Shown piece after piece: positions 28,899 through 37,657 of a DNA stretch of 64,000 bases. Source of the stretch: Phycisphaerales bacterium UBA5793 (GTDB lineage Bacteria > Planctomycetota > Phycisphaerae > Phycisphaerales > UBA5793); the NCBI GenBank assembly GCA_002418285.1, contig DIDT01000057.1:78958-142957 (forward strand), given 5' to 3'. The notes below the pieces were generated by a model, which saw nothing but the letters and a program-made list of their open reading frames with translations, did not search any database and had not been told where the DNA came from. The position numbers were made by a program, and so were the translations under genes. The number at the start of each line of letters is the position of its first letter. Positions within the stretch are counted from its first letter, which is position 1.

Positions 28899-29348
28899 AT
28901 GGCGACGCCGCACATCGTCCTTCACTGCCCGTCATGCGGATATTGCCTCCACGGACTCGAGCAGCGAGTCTGCCCCGAGTGTGGCCGAGGGTTTGATCCA
29001 AAGCGACCCCACGACTCGTTGGTCCGGCTCCAGCGACGCAACGATTTCATCGCAGCGATCATTGGTGTGACGTGTGCCCTCGCCTCGGCGGGCTACAGCG
29101 TGACGATTATCTCCGCCACCATGACGGCCGCCCTGCACAATGATGGCGATCGCATCCGGCCAGTTTACGCGCTCTATTCCGACCCGATGACGCCGGTGTA
29201 CTTCGCAATGATCTGCCCCGGACTTGTTCTGCTCGCTTACTACAGTCGAGCGCAGCGATGGCTCGCACAAATCGCTCGCGTGCTCTGCATCGCCGCGACT
29301 GCGTTTTACTTCATTTGTGAGATACAGATCGTAATCGCATACGGCTAG
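28899..29348 (+). CDS. membrane protein with N-terminal zinc ribbon (CPxCGY...CPECG family)
   Basis: Start set at ATG 28899 ('MATPHIVLHCPSCGYCLHGLEQRVCPECGRGFD'), followed by 3-4 TM helices. The track ORF opens at TTG 28806. Confidence 0.5.
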   Translation: MATPHIVLHCPSCGYCLHGLEQRVCPECGRGFDPKRPHDSLVRLQRRNDFIAAIIGVTCALASAGYSVTIISATMTAALHNDGDRIRPVYALYSDPMTPVYFAMICPGLVLLAYYSRAQRWLAQIARVLCIAATAFYFICEIQIVIAYG

Positions 29349-30673
29349 GAATTGCACATCAGCGTCTGCCCACGTTCCGGTCCGACGCTGACGATGCCAA
29401 CGGGCACGCCGACGAACCTCTCGATGCGATCGAGATAATCGCGTGCCTGGCGCGGCAGGTCTTCGAGCCTCCGGGCTGCGGTGATTTCGTCGCCAAAACC
29501 GCGCACCGTTTCATATATGGGCTCAGCGCCCTCAAGCCGACGCGCATCGGGCAGGAAGCGGTCCGTCGTCGAGCCATCCGGCAGGCGATACGCCGTACAG
29601 ATCTTGAGCTCATCGAATCCGGCCAGCACATCAAACAGCATCACCGAGAGTTTCGTCGTGGCGCAGAGCATCGCCGAGTACTTCACCGCCACCAGATCGA
29701 GCCAGCCGCAGCGGCGCGGCCGGCCCGTCGTGGTGCCATATTCGCGCCCACGCTCGCGGATGCGATTGCCGATCTCGTTGTTGAGTTCCGTTGGAAACGG
29801 CCCGGCGCCGACGCGCGTGCTGTAGGCCTTCATGATGCCGATGACATCCTGGATGTGCCGCCCCGGAACGCCCGTCCCCGCGGGGATGCCAAGCGCCGAA
29901 CAGTTGCTGCTTGTCACGTACGGAAACGTGCCGTGGTCTACATCGAGCAAACAGGCATTGGCGCCCTCGAAGAGCAGACGCTTCCCGGCGTTCATCGCGT
30001 CATGCAGGAGATAGGTCGTGTCGCAGATGTACGGTCCCAGTTCGCGGCCCAGCGCGGCGTACTCCTCGATCAGTGCCGCCAGATCAAAGGGTTGATGATC
30101 CGGATCAAACGCCAGGAGTTGCGCGTTTTTCACATACGTCACGATCTCGAGACGCCGGGCGAGATGGTCGCGGTCAAGCAGATCCCCCATGCGAATGGCG
30201 GTGGCGCGAGTGATCTTGTCCGCATACGCGGGACCGATACCGCGTCGTGTCGTACCGATCGATTGATCGCCCCCGCCGCCGTTTGACTGGCCGGTCGAAA
30301 GTAGATTCTCCAGCGCGGCATCGAGCGTCTTGTGCCAGGGCATGACAACCTGGGCGCGTTCGGAGATGCGCAGCCTCCGGGGCGAGACGTCGATGCCGCG
30401 GCTGATCAGCGCATCGCGCTCCTTGATGACCTGGTGCGGATCGACCACCACGCCATTGCCGATGACACAGGTTTTCTCAGGGTAAATGATGCCTGAGGGG
30501 ATCAGGTGCAGGGCATAGCGCTCGGATCCGACGACGACGGTGTGTCCCGCATTGGCACCCCCGTTATATCGGACGGTGAGATCATGGTCGCGGGCGAGAA
30601 TGTCGACGATCTTGCCCTTGCCCTCGTCGCCCCATTGCAGGCCGACAACCGCGGTATGCCTTGATTCTGTCAA
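29345..30673 (-). CDS. purA: adenylosuccinate synthase
   Basis: 442 aa. 'VVGLQWGDEGKGKIVD', 'GGANAGHTV' and 'TTGRPRRCGWLD' are canonical AdSS segments. Confidence 0.92.
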   Translation of the reverse strand: MTESRHTAVVGLQWGDEGKGKIVDILARDHDLTVRYNGGANAGHTVVVGSERYALHLIPSGIIYPEKTCVIGNGVVVDPHQVIKERDALISRGIDVSPRRLRISERAQVVMPWHKTLDAALENLLSTGQSNGGGGDQSIGTTRRGIGPAYADKITRATAIRMGDLLDRDHLARRLEIVTYVKNAQLLAFDPDHQPFDLAALIEEYAALGRELGPYICDTTYLLHDAMNAGKRLLFEGANACLLDVDHGTFPYVTSSNCSALGIPAGTGVPGRHIQDVIGIMKAYSTRVGAGPFPTELNNEIGNRIRERGREYGTTTGRPRRCGWLDLVAVKYSAMLCATTKLSVMLFDVLAGFDELKICTAYRLPDGSTTDRFLPDARRLEGAEPIYETVRGFGDEITAARRLEDLPRQARDYLDRIERFVGVPVGIVSVGPERGQTLMCNS

Positions 30674-30821
30674 CGGTCTGGCCCCGTCTGCGTGTGTGGC
30701 CCGCCCTGTTCAGGCGGGCCCGATGGAATCCGGACGAAGGTAAGGCGGCGGCGTCCCGCCGGTCAAGCCAAAGCACCACTTCCCGTTAACTCGCCGCTGA
30801 ATCCACCCCTGAAACGTGCCG

Positions 30822-31052
30822 ATGAAGACAATCGCGGACCCTGTCGTACGCGATGGATTGGAGACAGCCGTGGCCGATCATCTCATTCGCATTATGTGCC
30901 CGAATCTCGCTTGCCGGCGCGTGCTCGCGGTGCCCATCACCGCCCGCGGCAAGATCGTCAAGTGCAGCGGCTGCGGCAAGAACGTCCGCGTGCCACAGAC
31001 GACGGTGCCTCCGGCCGAGCCCAAGAAATCGGAAGACGCTGCCGCGGGATAA
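30822..31052 (+). CDS. small zinc-ribbon protein
   Basis: 76 aa from ATG 30822, with 'CPNLACRR...CSGCGKNV'. A strong intrinsic terminator follows, which supports expression. Confidence 0.45.
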   Translation: MKTIADPVVRDGLETAVADHLIRIMCPNLACRRVLAVPITARGKIVKCSGCGKNVRVPQTTVPPAEPKKSEDAAAG

Positions 31053-31080
31053 CCTGCACGCAACGACCCCGAAACAGAAC

Positions 31081-31117
31081 ACAACCCTCGGCATCCGCCG
31101 GGGGTTGTTCGTTTTTT
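31081..31117 (+). terminator. intrinsic terminator (possibly bidirectional)
   Basis: A roughly 12-bp GC-rich stem: ACAACCC(U)CGGC at 31081-31092 pairs with GCCG(G)GGGUUGU at 31097-31108. It is followed by 'UCGUUUUUU'. It lies between the convergent small zinc-ribbon ORF and the FHA gene. A second 5-bp hairpin lies at 31120-31136. Confidence 0.6.
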
Positions 31118-31137
31118 GAGCTGGCAAGGTACCAGCC

Positions 31138-31677
31138 CTACTTCTCGTCCTCGTCGATGTCGAGCGCGAAGAAGCTATCACTCTGATCAGGCATGTCGAT
31201 GTCAGCTGGAGTCGCGGGTGCCTCATCGTTGATCCGCACGTTGTCCGCTTCGGCCGCCCTGGCTGCGGGCTTGGGCTTTTTGCTCGGCACACCCACCGGA
31301 CCAGTCTTGGGGGACTCGGCGGACGCATCTTCTTCCTCGGGCTTGAGGATTGCCAGAGGCTTGAGCTTCTCCGGCTGGCCGTTGATCACAACCTGCAACG
31401 GTACGGGACCGATGAGAATGATGTCGCCCGGGCACAGTCCCATTGTTGTCACCTGTTCAGTGTTGACGAACGTGCCATTGCTTGATTCGAGGTCTTCGAC
31501 CACGAACTCCTGATCTTCGTCGTCGTAGTAAACCGCCGCGTGCTCGCGCGAAACGCTTGTCAGCGGAATGCGCAGATCGCAGGTGTCCTTTCGGCCGATG
31601 ACGTATCGCTTCCCGGCCTTGATCTCGAAATCCCGGCGGTGACCGTCGGGGGTGAACATGACGAGTGAAGCACGCAT
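31138..31677 (-). CDS. FHA domain protein
   Basis: Start set at 'MRASLVMF' (cat 31675-31677). FHA core 'YVIGRKDTCDLRIPLTSVSREHAAVYYDDEDQEFVVEDLESSNGTFVN'. Acidic C-terminal tail. Confidence 0.75.
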   Translation of the reverse strand: MRASLVMFTPDGHRRDFEIKAGKRYVIGRKDTCDLRIPLTSVSREHAAVYYDDEDQEFVVEDLESSNGTFVNTEQVTTMGLCPGDIILIGPVPLQVVINGQPEKLKPLAILKPEEEDASAESPKTGPVGVPSKKPKPAARAAEADNVRINDEAPATPADIDMPDQSDSFFALDIDEDEK

Positions 31678-31727
31678 GGCTAGCCTCTGTCGAATAAGAT
31701 CGCGTTCCAGCGGTTCGCAGCAATCGA

Positions 31728-32990
31728 GTGAGCGCAGGGAACCATCGCTTGAGCCAGACACTCCACCCTACCATACTCGGCGCCGATCGGCAAGGAATCT
31801 ATGGGCAAAGTGTTGATCTGGTTCCACTTCTGACCGGGCGGATCCCACCTGCCCGACCACAATCAGTCTACGTTCACACCCCCTTCTGCTTCCACAAGTG
31901 CCACTACTGTGACTTCTACAGCATCGTGGACACCTCTGACAAGCAGGAGGAGTTTGTCAGCCGCCTCTCGAGTGAATTATTGAACCTCCAACCCTTCCTG
32001 GCGCATCGCGCCAGGACGATTTTCATCGGAGGCGGGACGCCCACCCTGCTTTCACCCCACCTCTGGGAGCGGTTTCTGCCGATTCTTGCTGCTGTTGGCC
32101 TTCGCGCGGACACCGAATTCTCCGTCGAAGCCAACCCGGAGACCGTGACAAGGGAACTCCTCGACATTCTGGTTGCCGGGGGTGTCAATCGACTGAGCAT
32201 TGGAGCCCAGTCCTTCAATCCGCGCCTCCTCAAGACGCTTGAACGTTGGCACGATCCCGCCAATGTGACCCGGGCCGTCGAACTCGCCAGGTCAGCCGGC
32301 GTGCACAACCTCAGCCTTGATCTCATCTTTGCCATTCCGGGCCAGAGCCTCGACGATTGGCACAGAGACCTTGAGGCCGCCCTGGCCCTCCGACCTACCC
32401 ACCTCAGTTGCTATGCCCTCACCTTCGAGCCCAACACGCCACTGGCCGTCCGGCTCAGCACTGGCCAGGTGCGGCGACTGGACGAGGACCTCGAGGCTGA
32501 GATGTTCCTCGTGACGCGGGAGCGACTCCGCACAGCCGGCTACAAGGCGTACGAGATCAGCAACTTTGCCAAGCCCGGGTACGAGTGCCACCACAATCTC
32601 GCCTATTGGCGCAATGAAGACTGGCTCACGGCAGGTCCCAGCGCCTCTGGACACGTTGCTGGCTTGCGCTGGAAGAACGCGCCCCATCTCGGTCGCTATC
32701 TCGCCTCCCAGGGCCTGGCCCCCCTGAGCGAGTGCGACGTCCCAAAACCCGCCACTCGCCTCGCAGAGCGGTTGATGATGGGGCTTCGACTGTCCGAAGG
32801 CATTGATAGTGCCTCGGTCCTTGCCGACGCAGAACTCTTCGGCAAAGCGGAAGTGATTAGCGCGACAGCACTTGAGTGCGAGCGGGCCGGTCATCTGCAC
32901 ACCGAGAACGGCCGCTGGACCCTGTCAGAAGCCTCGCTGCTGATCGCCGACACGATAATCGGCGGCCTGATGCGCGCCCTTGACCCATGA
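31728..32990 (+). CDS. hemW: radical SAM haem chaperone HemW (HemN-like)
   Basis: 420 aa with 'VYVHTPFCFHKCHYCDF' (CxxxCxxC). GTG start at 31728. The N-terminal 45 aa look like an extension, so the start is uncertain. Confidence 0.8.
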   Translation: MSAGNHRLSQTLHPTILGADRQGIYGQSVDLVPLLTGRIPPARPQSVYVHTPFCFHKCHYCDFYSIVDTSDKQEEFVSRLSSELLNLQPFLAHRARTIFIGGGTPTLLSPHLWERFLPILAAVGLRADTEFSVEANPETVTRELLDILVAGGVNRLSIGAQSFNPRLLKTLERWHDPANVTRAVELARSAGVHNLSLDLIFAIPGQSLDDWHRDLEAALALRPTHLSCYALTFEPNTPLAVRLSTGQVRRLDEDLEAEMFLVTRERLRTAGYKAYEISNFAKPGYECHHNLAYWRNEDWLTAGPSASGHVAGLRWKNAPHLGRYLASQGLAPLSECDVPKPATRLAERLMMGLRLSEGIDSASVLADAELFGKAEVISATALECERAGHLHTENGRWTLSEASLLIADTIIGGLMRALDP

Positions 32991-34222
32991 CCGAGCCGCG
33001 CCGTGTGATAGCCGTCATCATGGCCAAGGAGCCGATCCCCGGCACCGTCAAGACGCGCTTGGTCGGCCCCGGACCAATGGGCGACATCACTCCAATCACG
33101 GCCGCCGAAGTCGCCCGCGCCATGGCAGACTGCGTCCACGTTCGTCTCTCGGAGATCTTCGGCCGTGGCAACGTCATCCTGGCCAGAACACCGGCCGAAA
33201 CCGAGACGTTCGGCCACTGGCCCATGACGGTGGATCAGGGCTCGGGTGATCTTGGGTTGCGACTAAGCTCAGTCTGGCGACTCGTCCATGGATTCGACCC
33301 GCACGCCGCCGTAGCGTTCTTTGGCATCGACTCTCCCGACGTACCGCTCGACGCATTGCGGCGCTTGCATCACGGGCTTGGGACCGGCGCAGCGCACCTG
33401 GCCGCGCTCGGCCGAAGCATGGACGGGGGATTCTGGACCTTTGGAGTCGCCCACCACCACTCCGCCCTTCTTAGTGGTATCGACTGGGGTAGTGCCGATG
33501 TTTACGATCAGACGGCCACTCGCATCAGCAATCGCGGATTGCAACTCCTCCGCCTCGCCGACTGGTACGATGTGGACACGTCCACCGATGTGGTGGCCCT
33601 TCTGGACCGAATCTGGCGCAGCAGTGAACCGGCACTGATTCGTCTCTCGGTTGCCATTCGCCGGATTCTGGCACAACCGGCGGCATCTGAAACGCGATCC
33701 ACGGAGACCCGCATGACCTCCGAGCCCGCCAAACCCACGGACGCCAGCAACGACCGCCAGTTTGCCGGCTGTCACCTGCTCATCGTGGATGACAATTCGC
33801 AGAACATCGAACTTCTCGAAGCATATCTCGCTTCGCTCAAATGCCGCGTCAGCAGCGCCGCCGATGGCGTCGACGCCCTCGCCGCCGTCCAGCAGAAGCA
33901 GCCTGATCTCATTTTGCTTGACGTAATGATGCCGCGCATGTCCGGATTTGAGGTCTGTCAGCGTCTCAAGACCGATCCCGCCACGCGCGACATTCCCATC
34001 CTCATGGTCACCGCTCTAAACGAAGTCGGCGACGTCGAGCGCGGCGCGGAAGCAGGCACCGACGACTTCCTCTCCAAGCCGTTCAACAAGATCGAACTGC
34101 TTACCCGTGTCCGCTCGCTGCTGAGGATTCGCCTTCTCAAGCGCGAGCTTGATCAGAAGATGGGTCGGGCAGACACGAATCGCAGCACCGATCTTGACGA
34201 GCAGACCAGCCCCGGTTTCTGA
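32987..34222 (+). CDS. DUF2064 (TIGR04282-like glycosyltransferase-fold) protein fused to a receiver domain
   Basis: Single 411-aa ORF. N-terminus 'VIAVIMAKEPIPGTVKTRL...GDLGLRL...FFGIDSPDVP...DGGFW...DVDTSTD'. The C-terminal REC domain is 'LLIVDDNSQNIELL...LILLDVMMPRMSGFEVC...KPF'. ATGA overlap with hemW. Confidence 0.7.
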   Translation: MTEPRRVIAVIMAKEPIPGTVKTRLVGPGPMGDITPITAAEVARAMADCVHVRLSEIFGRGNVILARTPAETETFGHWPMTVDQGSGDLGLRLSSVWRLVHGFDPHAAVAFFGIDSPDVPLDALRRLHHGLGTGAAHLAALGRSMDGGFWTFGVAHHHSALLSGIDWGSADVYDQTATRISNRGLQLLRLADWYDVDTSTDVVALLDRIWRSSEPALIRLSVAIRRILAQPAASETRSTETRMTSEPAKPTDASNDRQFAGCHLLIVDDNSQNIELLEAYLASLKCRVSSAADGVDALAAVQQKQPDLILLDVMMPRMSGFEVCQRLKTDPATRDIPILMVTALNEVGDVERGAEAGTDDFLSKPFNKIELLTRVRSLLRIRLLKRELDQKMGRADTNRSTDLDEQTSPGF

Positions 34223-34680
34223 TTGCCGTGATGAGGCGCACGGCTTGAACGCCTTTGTCGCCGACAACGTTCCGCCACGCACCGGAATTCACCCATTCGC
34301 ACTGGCATTTCTACGCATCCTTGCGCCCAGCGCGCCGTTGCCCCGCGTCTCCCTTGTCCTTTCGTTCACTCGTCACCGGAACAGGGCGCAAATCCCCCGC
34401 GACCCTCGCTTCGCCATTCAGGTTGTTCAATCGCTTGACAATGTGGCGAAAAGTCTGCTCAAATCGGTGCTGGTCCATATCCGCTCCTCCGCGCAGGATG
34501 CTGATGTCCAATCCCAGAGGAGCAATCTGTGGGCCGTTGGGGCGGCAATCGCGCGCGCCGATAAGCTCGCCGAAATCAGGCGATAGTGTGGAACCTTTTC
34601 AGATTTCTCTTGATCGTCCGGGAACTGTGCCGCCGGAGACACCGGATGTTGCCCACTCGCCTCAGCTGCGTTGCGCCAGG

Positions 34681-35853
34681 TCACTCAAACAGGAGCATCG
34701 GACGTTGAAGCACGATGACATCCTGAATCGGCCCGCGCGCGCCTTCATCGATCTGAATCGTCAACGTCGAGGCGTCATGGAGCGGCACATCGATCTCGCG
34801 GCGCGACCGGCCCGTGCCGTCCATTCCTGCTTCGAAAACCGTCTGGCCATCCACGATTACGGAGAGGTTCAGTTCTGCCCAGTCCGCAGCGAATCGCGGC
34901 ACAACAGCCGTGGCGACAAAACGTGTCGCACCCTCCGGAAGTGCGTATCGCGCCTCGATCGGGCCGCGCATCTGCACATCCGACAGACCGACGGGGCGCC
35001 CCGCATCCAGCATCTGCGGCGATTCGACAACGCTGATCCACTTTGATTCATGGCTCACTTGCGGCTCGAAATGGGCTAGTGGGGTGACCCGCTCCGCTGC
35101 AAAGTTGATACCTCGCAGCATCTCTGTTTCCACATTGCATTTGAGCGAATCCACACTCGTCGTGAACTGAAACGACGCCGGCGACCAGCGGCATTCCTTA
35201 ATGCTCAGCACGCTGCCATCCGCCAACCAAACCACCATCCCGCTCGGCCGCGCGGGCGGATTAACCAAGGCCAGCGACGCCACCTGCGCGAGAGGCAAGT
35301 GAGTCGCCTCCGTCGAACCTGACACCTCAAATTCGACATCATCTCCGATTGCGACCAGCAGTCCAGAAAGCGCATCGCCGTTTGCCAGCAGTAGCCGGTC
35401 CTCCGCAGTCTGGGGATCGATTCCGGGCATCGGCGCGTCGGGTCGCAACCTTGCCAGGAGCACCTGTTCGAGCGGCGCAGAAAGCACTCCGACACGATCA
35501 ATCTTCCAGTCCAGGTGCTCAGGCAACGATGCCGGAGCCGGCGCGCCAACCCAGCGCTGTCCATCCGCCAGTTCAACTACACAATCGCTTGCGACAAACC
35601 GGCTCGACTCCTCGTCATCATCAAACGCCGTCAGCACCAGCAGATCGCTCATCGGCCGACGATCGATCAATCCAGATCGCAGGCACTCGACCCAGCCATC
35701 TTCGATGCCCACCAAGTCCACAGTGTCGGCGCGCAGATCCCGATCGATGAGCAGAAACCGCTGATGCTGCTGAGCGTACACGCCTGCAGAGCAGGCCAGT
35801 AACGCCGTCACCGCGAGACCGCTATACGTTGATGTGTGCAATGCCAGTCTCAT
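34681..35853 (-). CDS. secreted protein with C-terminal NPCBM-like domain (tentative)
   Basis: Start set at 'MRLALHTSTYSGLAVTALLACSAGVYA' (cat 35851-35853, ATGA overlap with the upstream gene). The C-terminus 'ARYALPEGATRFVATAVVP...LNLSVIVDGQTVF' resembles NPCBM/NEW2 modules. Confidence 0.45.
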   Translation of the reverse strand: MRLALHTSTYSGLAVTALLACSAGVYAQQHQRFLLIDRDLRADTVDLVGIEDGWVECLRSGLIDRRPMSDLLVLTAFDDDEESSRFVASDCVVELADGQRWVGAPAPASLPEHLDWKIDRVGVLSAPLEQVLLARLRPDAPMPGIDPQTAEDRLLLANGDALSGLLVAIGDDVEFEVSGSTEATHLPLAQVASLALVNPPARPSGMVVWLADGSVLSIKECRWSPASFQFTTSVDSLKCNVETEMLRGINFAAERVTPLAHFEPQVSHESKWISVVESPQMLDAGRPVGLSDVQMRGPIEARYALPEGATRFVATAVVPRFAADWAELNLSVIVDGQTVFEAGMDGTGRSRREIDVPLHDASTLTIQIDEGARGPIQDVIVLQRPMLLFE

Positions 35854-36944
35854 TTCTGGAAGATCGGAAGGTATCGCTTGGGCATTTGCAGAACGATCAG
35901 CGCCATCGCGGTCGCATACGGCCCGCCGGCGTTCGGATCGCTCCACGAGCCACTGCCGCGATCCTGTCGCGAAATGATCTCATCACGTGCTTCGGGCCAC
36001 CAGCGCTGCCAGTGCTCACCACCACCGAGGTACATCGCTTGCGCCGTGTAGTAGATGCCATAGAAGTAGTGCGCCTGCTGGCGAGACCGTCCGGGCGGCG
36101 CATTTTCATGCAGGTATTCCAGTGCTTTCTCCAGCGCTGCATCCTCGTAGATACCTGCGTAGTTCAGACTCGCAATGCCTGCGGCGGAGCGGGGCCAGGC
36201 TGACGCGCCGGGTACTGACATGTACCGGAATCCGCCATCGGGATTCTGGCACAGCCGCACGTACTCCACCGCCTTGTCGATCGTTTCCTTGGGCACCTTG
36301 ATGCCGGCGTTGCGAGCCGAGCGCAATGCCATGATCTGGCAGATGGTCACCGACACATCCGCGTCCTCCGGCAGCGGGTTGTAGCGCCATCCACCCTCGG
36401 GGTTCTGGCAGTTGACGATCAATCTCACCGCTTTGACGAGCGCTTCGCGCAATCGCGAGTCATCTTCCAAGGCGCCCATTCCATAGATTTCACCGAGAAA
36501 TAGGGTGGCAAAGCCGTGGCCGTACATCGGCCCGTGGGATTCGCCGCCGACGATCAGGCCCGTTTCGGTGCACTGGCTCAGGACAAACTCGAGCGCCTTC
36601 TCCACCTGCTTGCCGTACCTGCCCCGTCCCGGGAGGTGTCCGTCAGACATGAAAGCGAGCGCGCACAATCCGGTGATGCCGACGTTCTTGCTGAATCGAT
36701 TGTCCGGCCCGAATGAGCCGTCCGAATTCTGTTGTGTTGCGAGAAACTCGAGCCCCTTCGCGACCGATTCGTAAAGCCGCTCGTTCATCTCGGGTTCAGT
36801 AGTCAACGGGGCATTGGACGCGCCGCTGCCGCCGGCATCTGCCGGAGGGGCTGATTGATCGACATTCAGTCCCGCGCCGCCCAGCAGCGAGGCCGTCAAC
36901 AGCACTGCTGCCAGCACGCCACCACTGCTGATCCGCGTCATCAT
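35850..36944 (-). CDS. prenyltransferase/squalene-cyclase-repeat (alpha-alpha toroid) protein
   Basis: Start set at 'MMTRISSGGVLAAVLL' (ATGA overlap at 36941-36944). Repeats present: 'QNSDGSFG', 'QNPEGGWRY', 'QNPDGGFRY', 'QDRGSGSWSD'. Confidence 0.65.
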   Translation of the reverse strand: MMTRISSGGVLAAVLLTASLLGGAGLNVDQSAPPADAGGSGASNAPLTTEPEMNERLYESVAKGLEFLATQQNSDGSFGPDNRFSKNVGITGLCALAFMSDGHLPGRGRYGKQVEKALEFVLSQCTETGLIVGGESHGPMYGHGFATLFLGEIYGMGALEDDSRLREALVKAVRLIVNCQNPEGGWRYNPLPEDADVSVTICQIMALRSARNAGIKVPKETIDKAVEYVRLCQNPDGGFRYMSVPGASAWPRSAAGIASLNYAGIYEDAALEKALEYLHENAPPGRSRQQAHYFYGIYYTAQAMYLGGGEHWQRWWPEARDEIISRQDRGSGSWSDPNAGGPYATAMALIVLQMPKRYLPIFQK

Positions 36945-37657
36945 GGCTGCGATTCCTCCGCCAGACGCTCGTAGTAGATCTCGGTAAGGCGTTCGTACAG
37001 GCGCGCCACTGCATCGCCACGCCCCTGTCGCAAGAGGTCGCGCACACGCGGAGGCAGATTGCCCCATTCGCTTCCCGTCTCGTTGATCGCGCCATCAAGA
37101 TTGGTTTGCTTCATTCCCGGTCGGTTGTCACCATCGCGGCTCACGTTCGTTCCCGGCGCTGATTGCTGCTGATCCTGCTGCTGTTGCTCGGGTGGGCTCT
37201 GCTGCTGACTCTGTTGACTGGATGGCTTGTTCTGAGGTTTGGATTGCCGCTGCGCCTGCGCTATAAGTGTGTCGAGTTTGAGCATCGCCTCCTCCTGGAA
37301 GCGTTGCGTCGCGAGACCCGCGCTGCGCTGATCAAGCAGCAGCGCTGCCGATTTGCCCATGCTGTTCACCGCTTCGAGGAAGACTGCGGCGATATCCACA
37401 CCCGCGCCGGCTTCCTCGCCGCCCGTCAATTTCTCGATGATGTCCGTCGGCTCCTCCTGCGCTGCCTCCCGGTCCTTCGTGAGGCCCAGCAATTCGTCAA
37501 GCGAAGGCGGCGCATCGGCTTTGACAGGTGTCGGCTCAGGTGCGGGCGCCGGCGGAGGCGCGGGCTGCGTACTCTGACCCCTCGTGTCGCACACACCAAC
37601 CAAGGTAAGTGAAGCAACGAGCGCGGCAAGTTGAAGCCTGGTCGTATTCTTTTTCAT
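36941..37657 (-). CDS. secreted Q-rich protein, family unknown
   Basis: 238 aa. Signal/lipobox-like 'LAALVASLTLVGVCD', a 'SSQQSQQQSPPEQQQQDQQQS' tract, and the C-terminus 'WGNLPPRVRDLLRQGRGDAVARLYERLTEIYYERLAEE'. Confidence 0.5.
   Translation of the reverse strand: MKKNTTRLQLAALVASLTLVGVCDTRGQSTQPAPPPAPAPEPTPVKADAPPSLDELLGLTKDREAAQEEPTDIIEKLTGGEEAGAGVDIAAVFLEAVNSMGKSAALLLDQRSAGLATQRFQEEAMLKLDTLIAQAQRQSKPQNKPSSQQSQQQSPPEQQQQDQQQSAPGTNVSRDGDNRPGMKQTNLDGAINETGSEWGNLPPRVRDLLRQGRGDAVARLYERLTEIYYERLAEESQP

Noticed and set aside
30698-30720. 8-bp GC hairpin GGCCCGCC-CUGUUCA-GGCGGGCC upstream of purA
   Set aside because: There is no U-tract and no upstream gene to terminate on either strand. It is probably just a leader or promoter-region palindrome, and I could not link it to a known purine regulatory element.
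34311-34511. 66-aa minus-strand ORF in the convergent gap
   Set aside because: There is no motif, no obvious ribosome-binding site, and a basic low-complexity tail. The evidence is insufficient to annotate it, so it is mentioned only in a low-interest finding.
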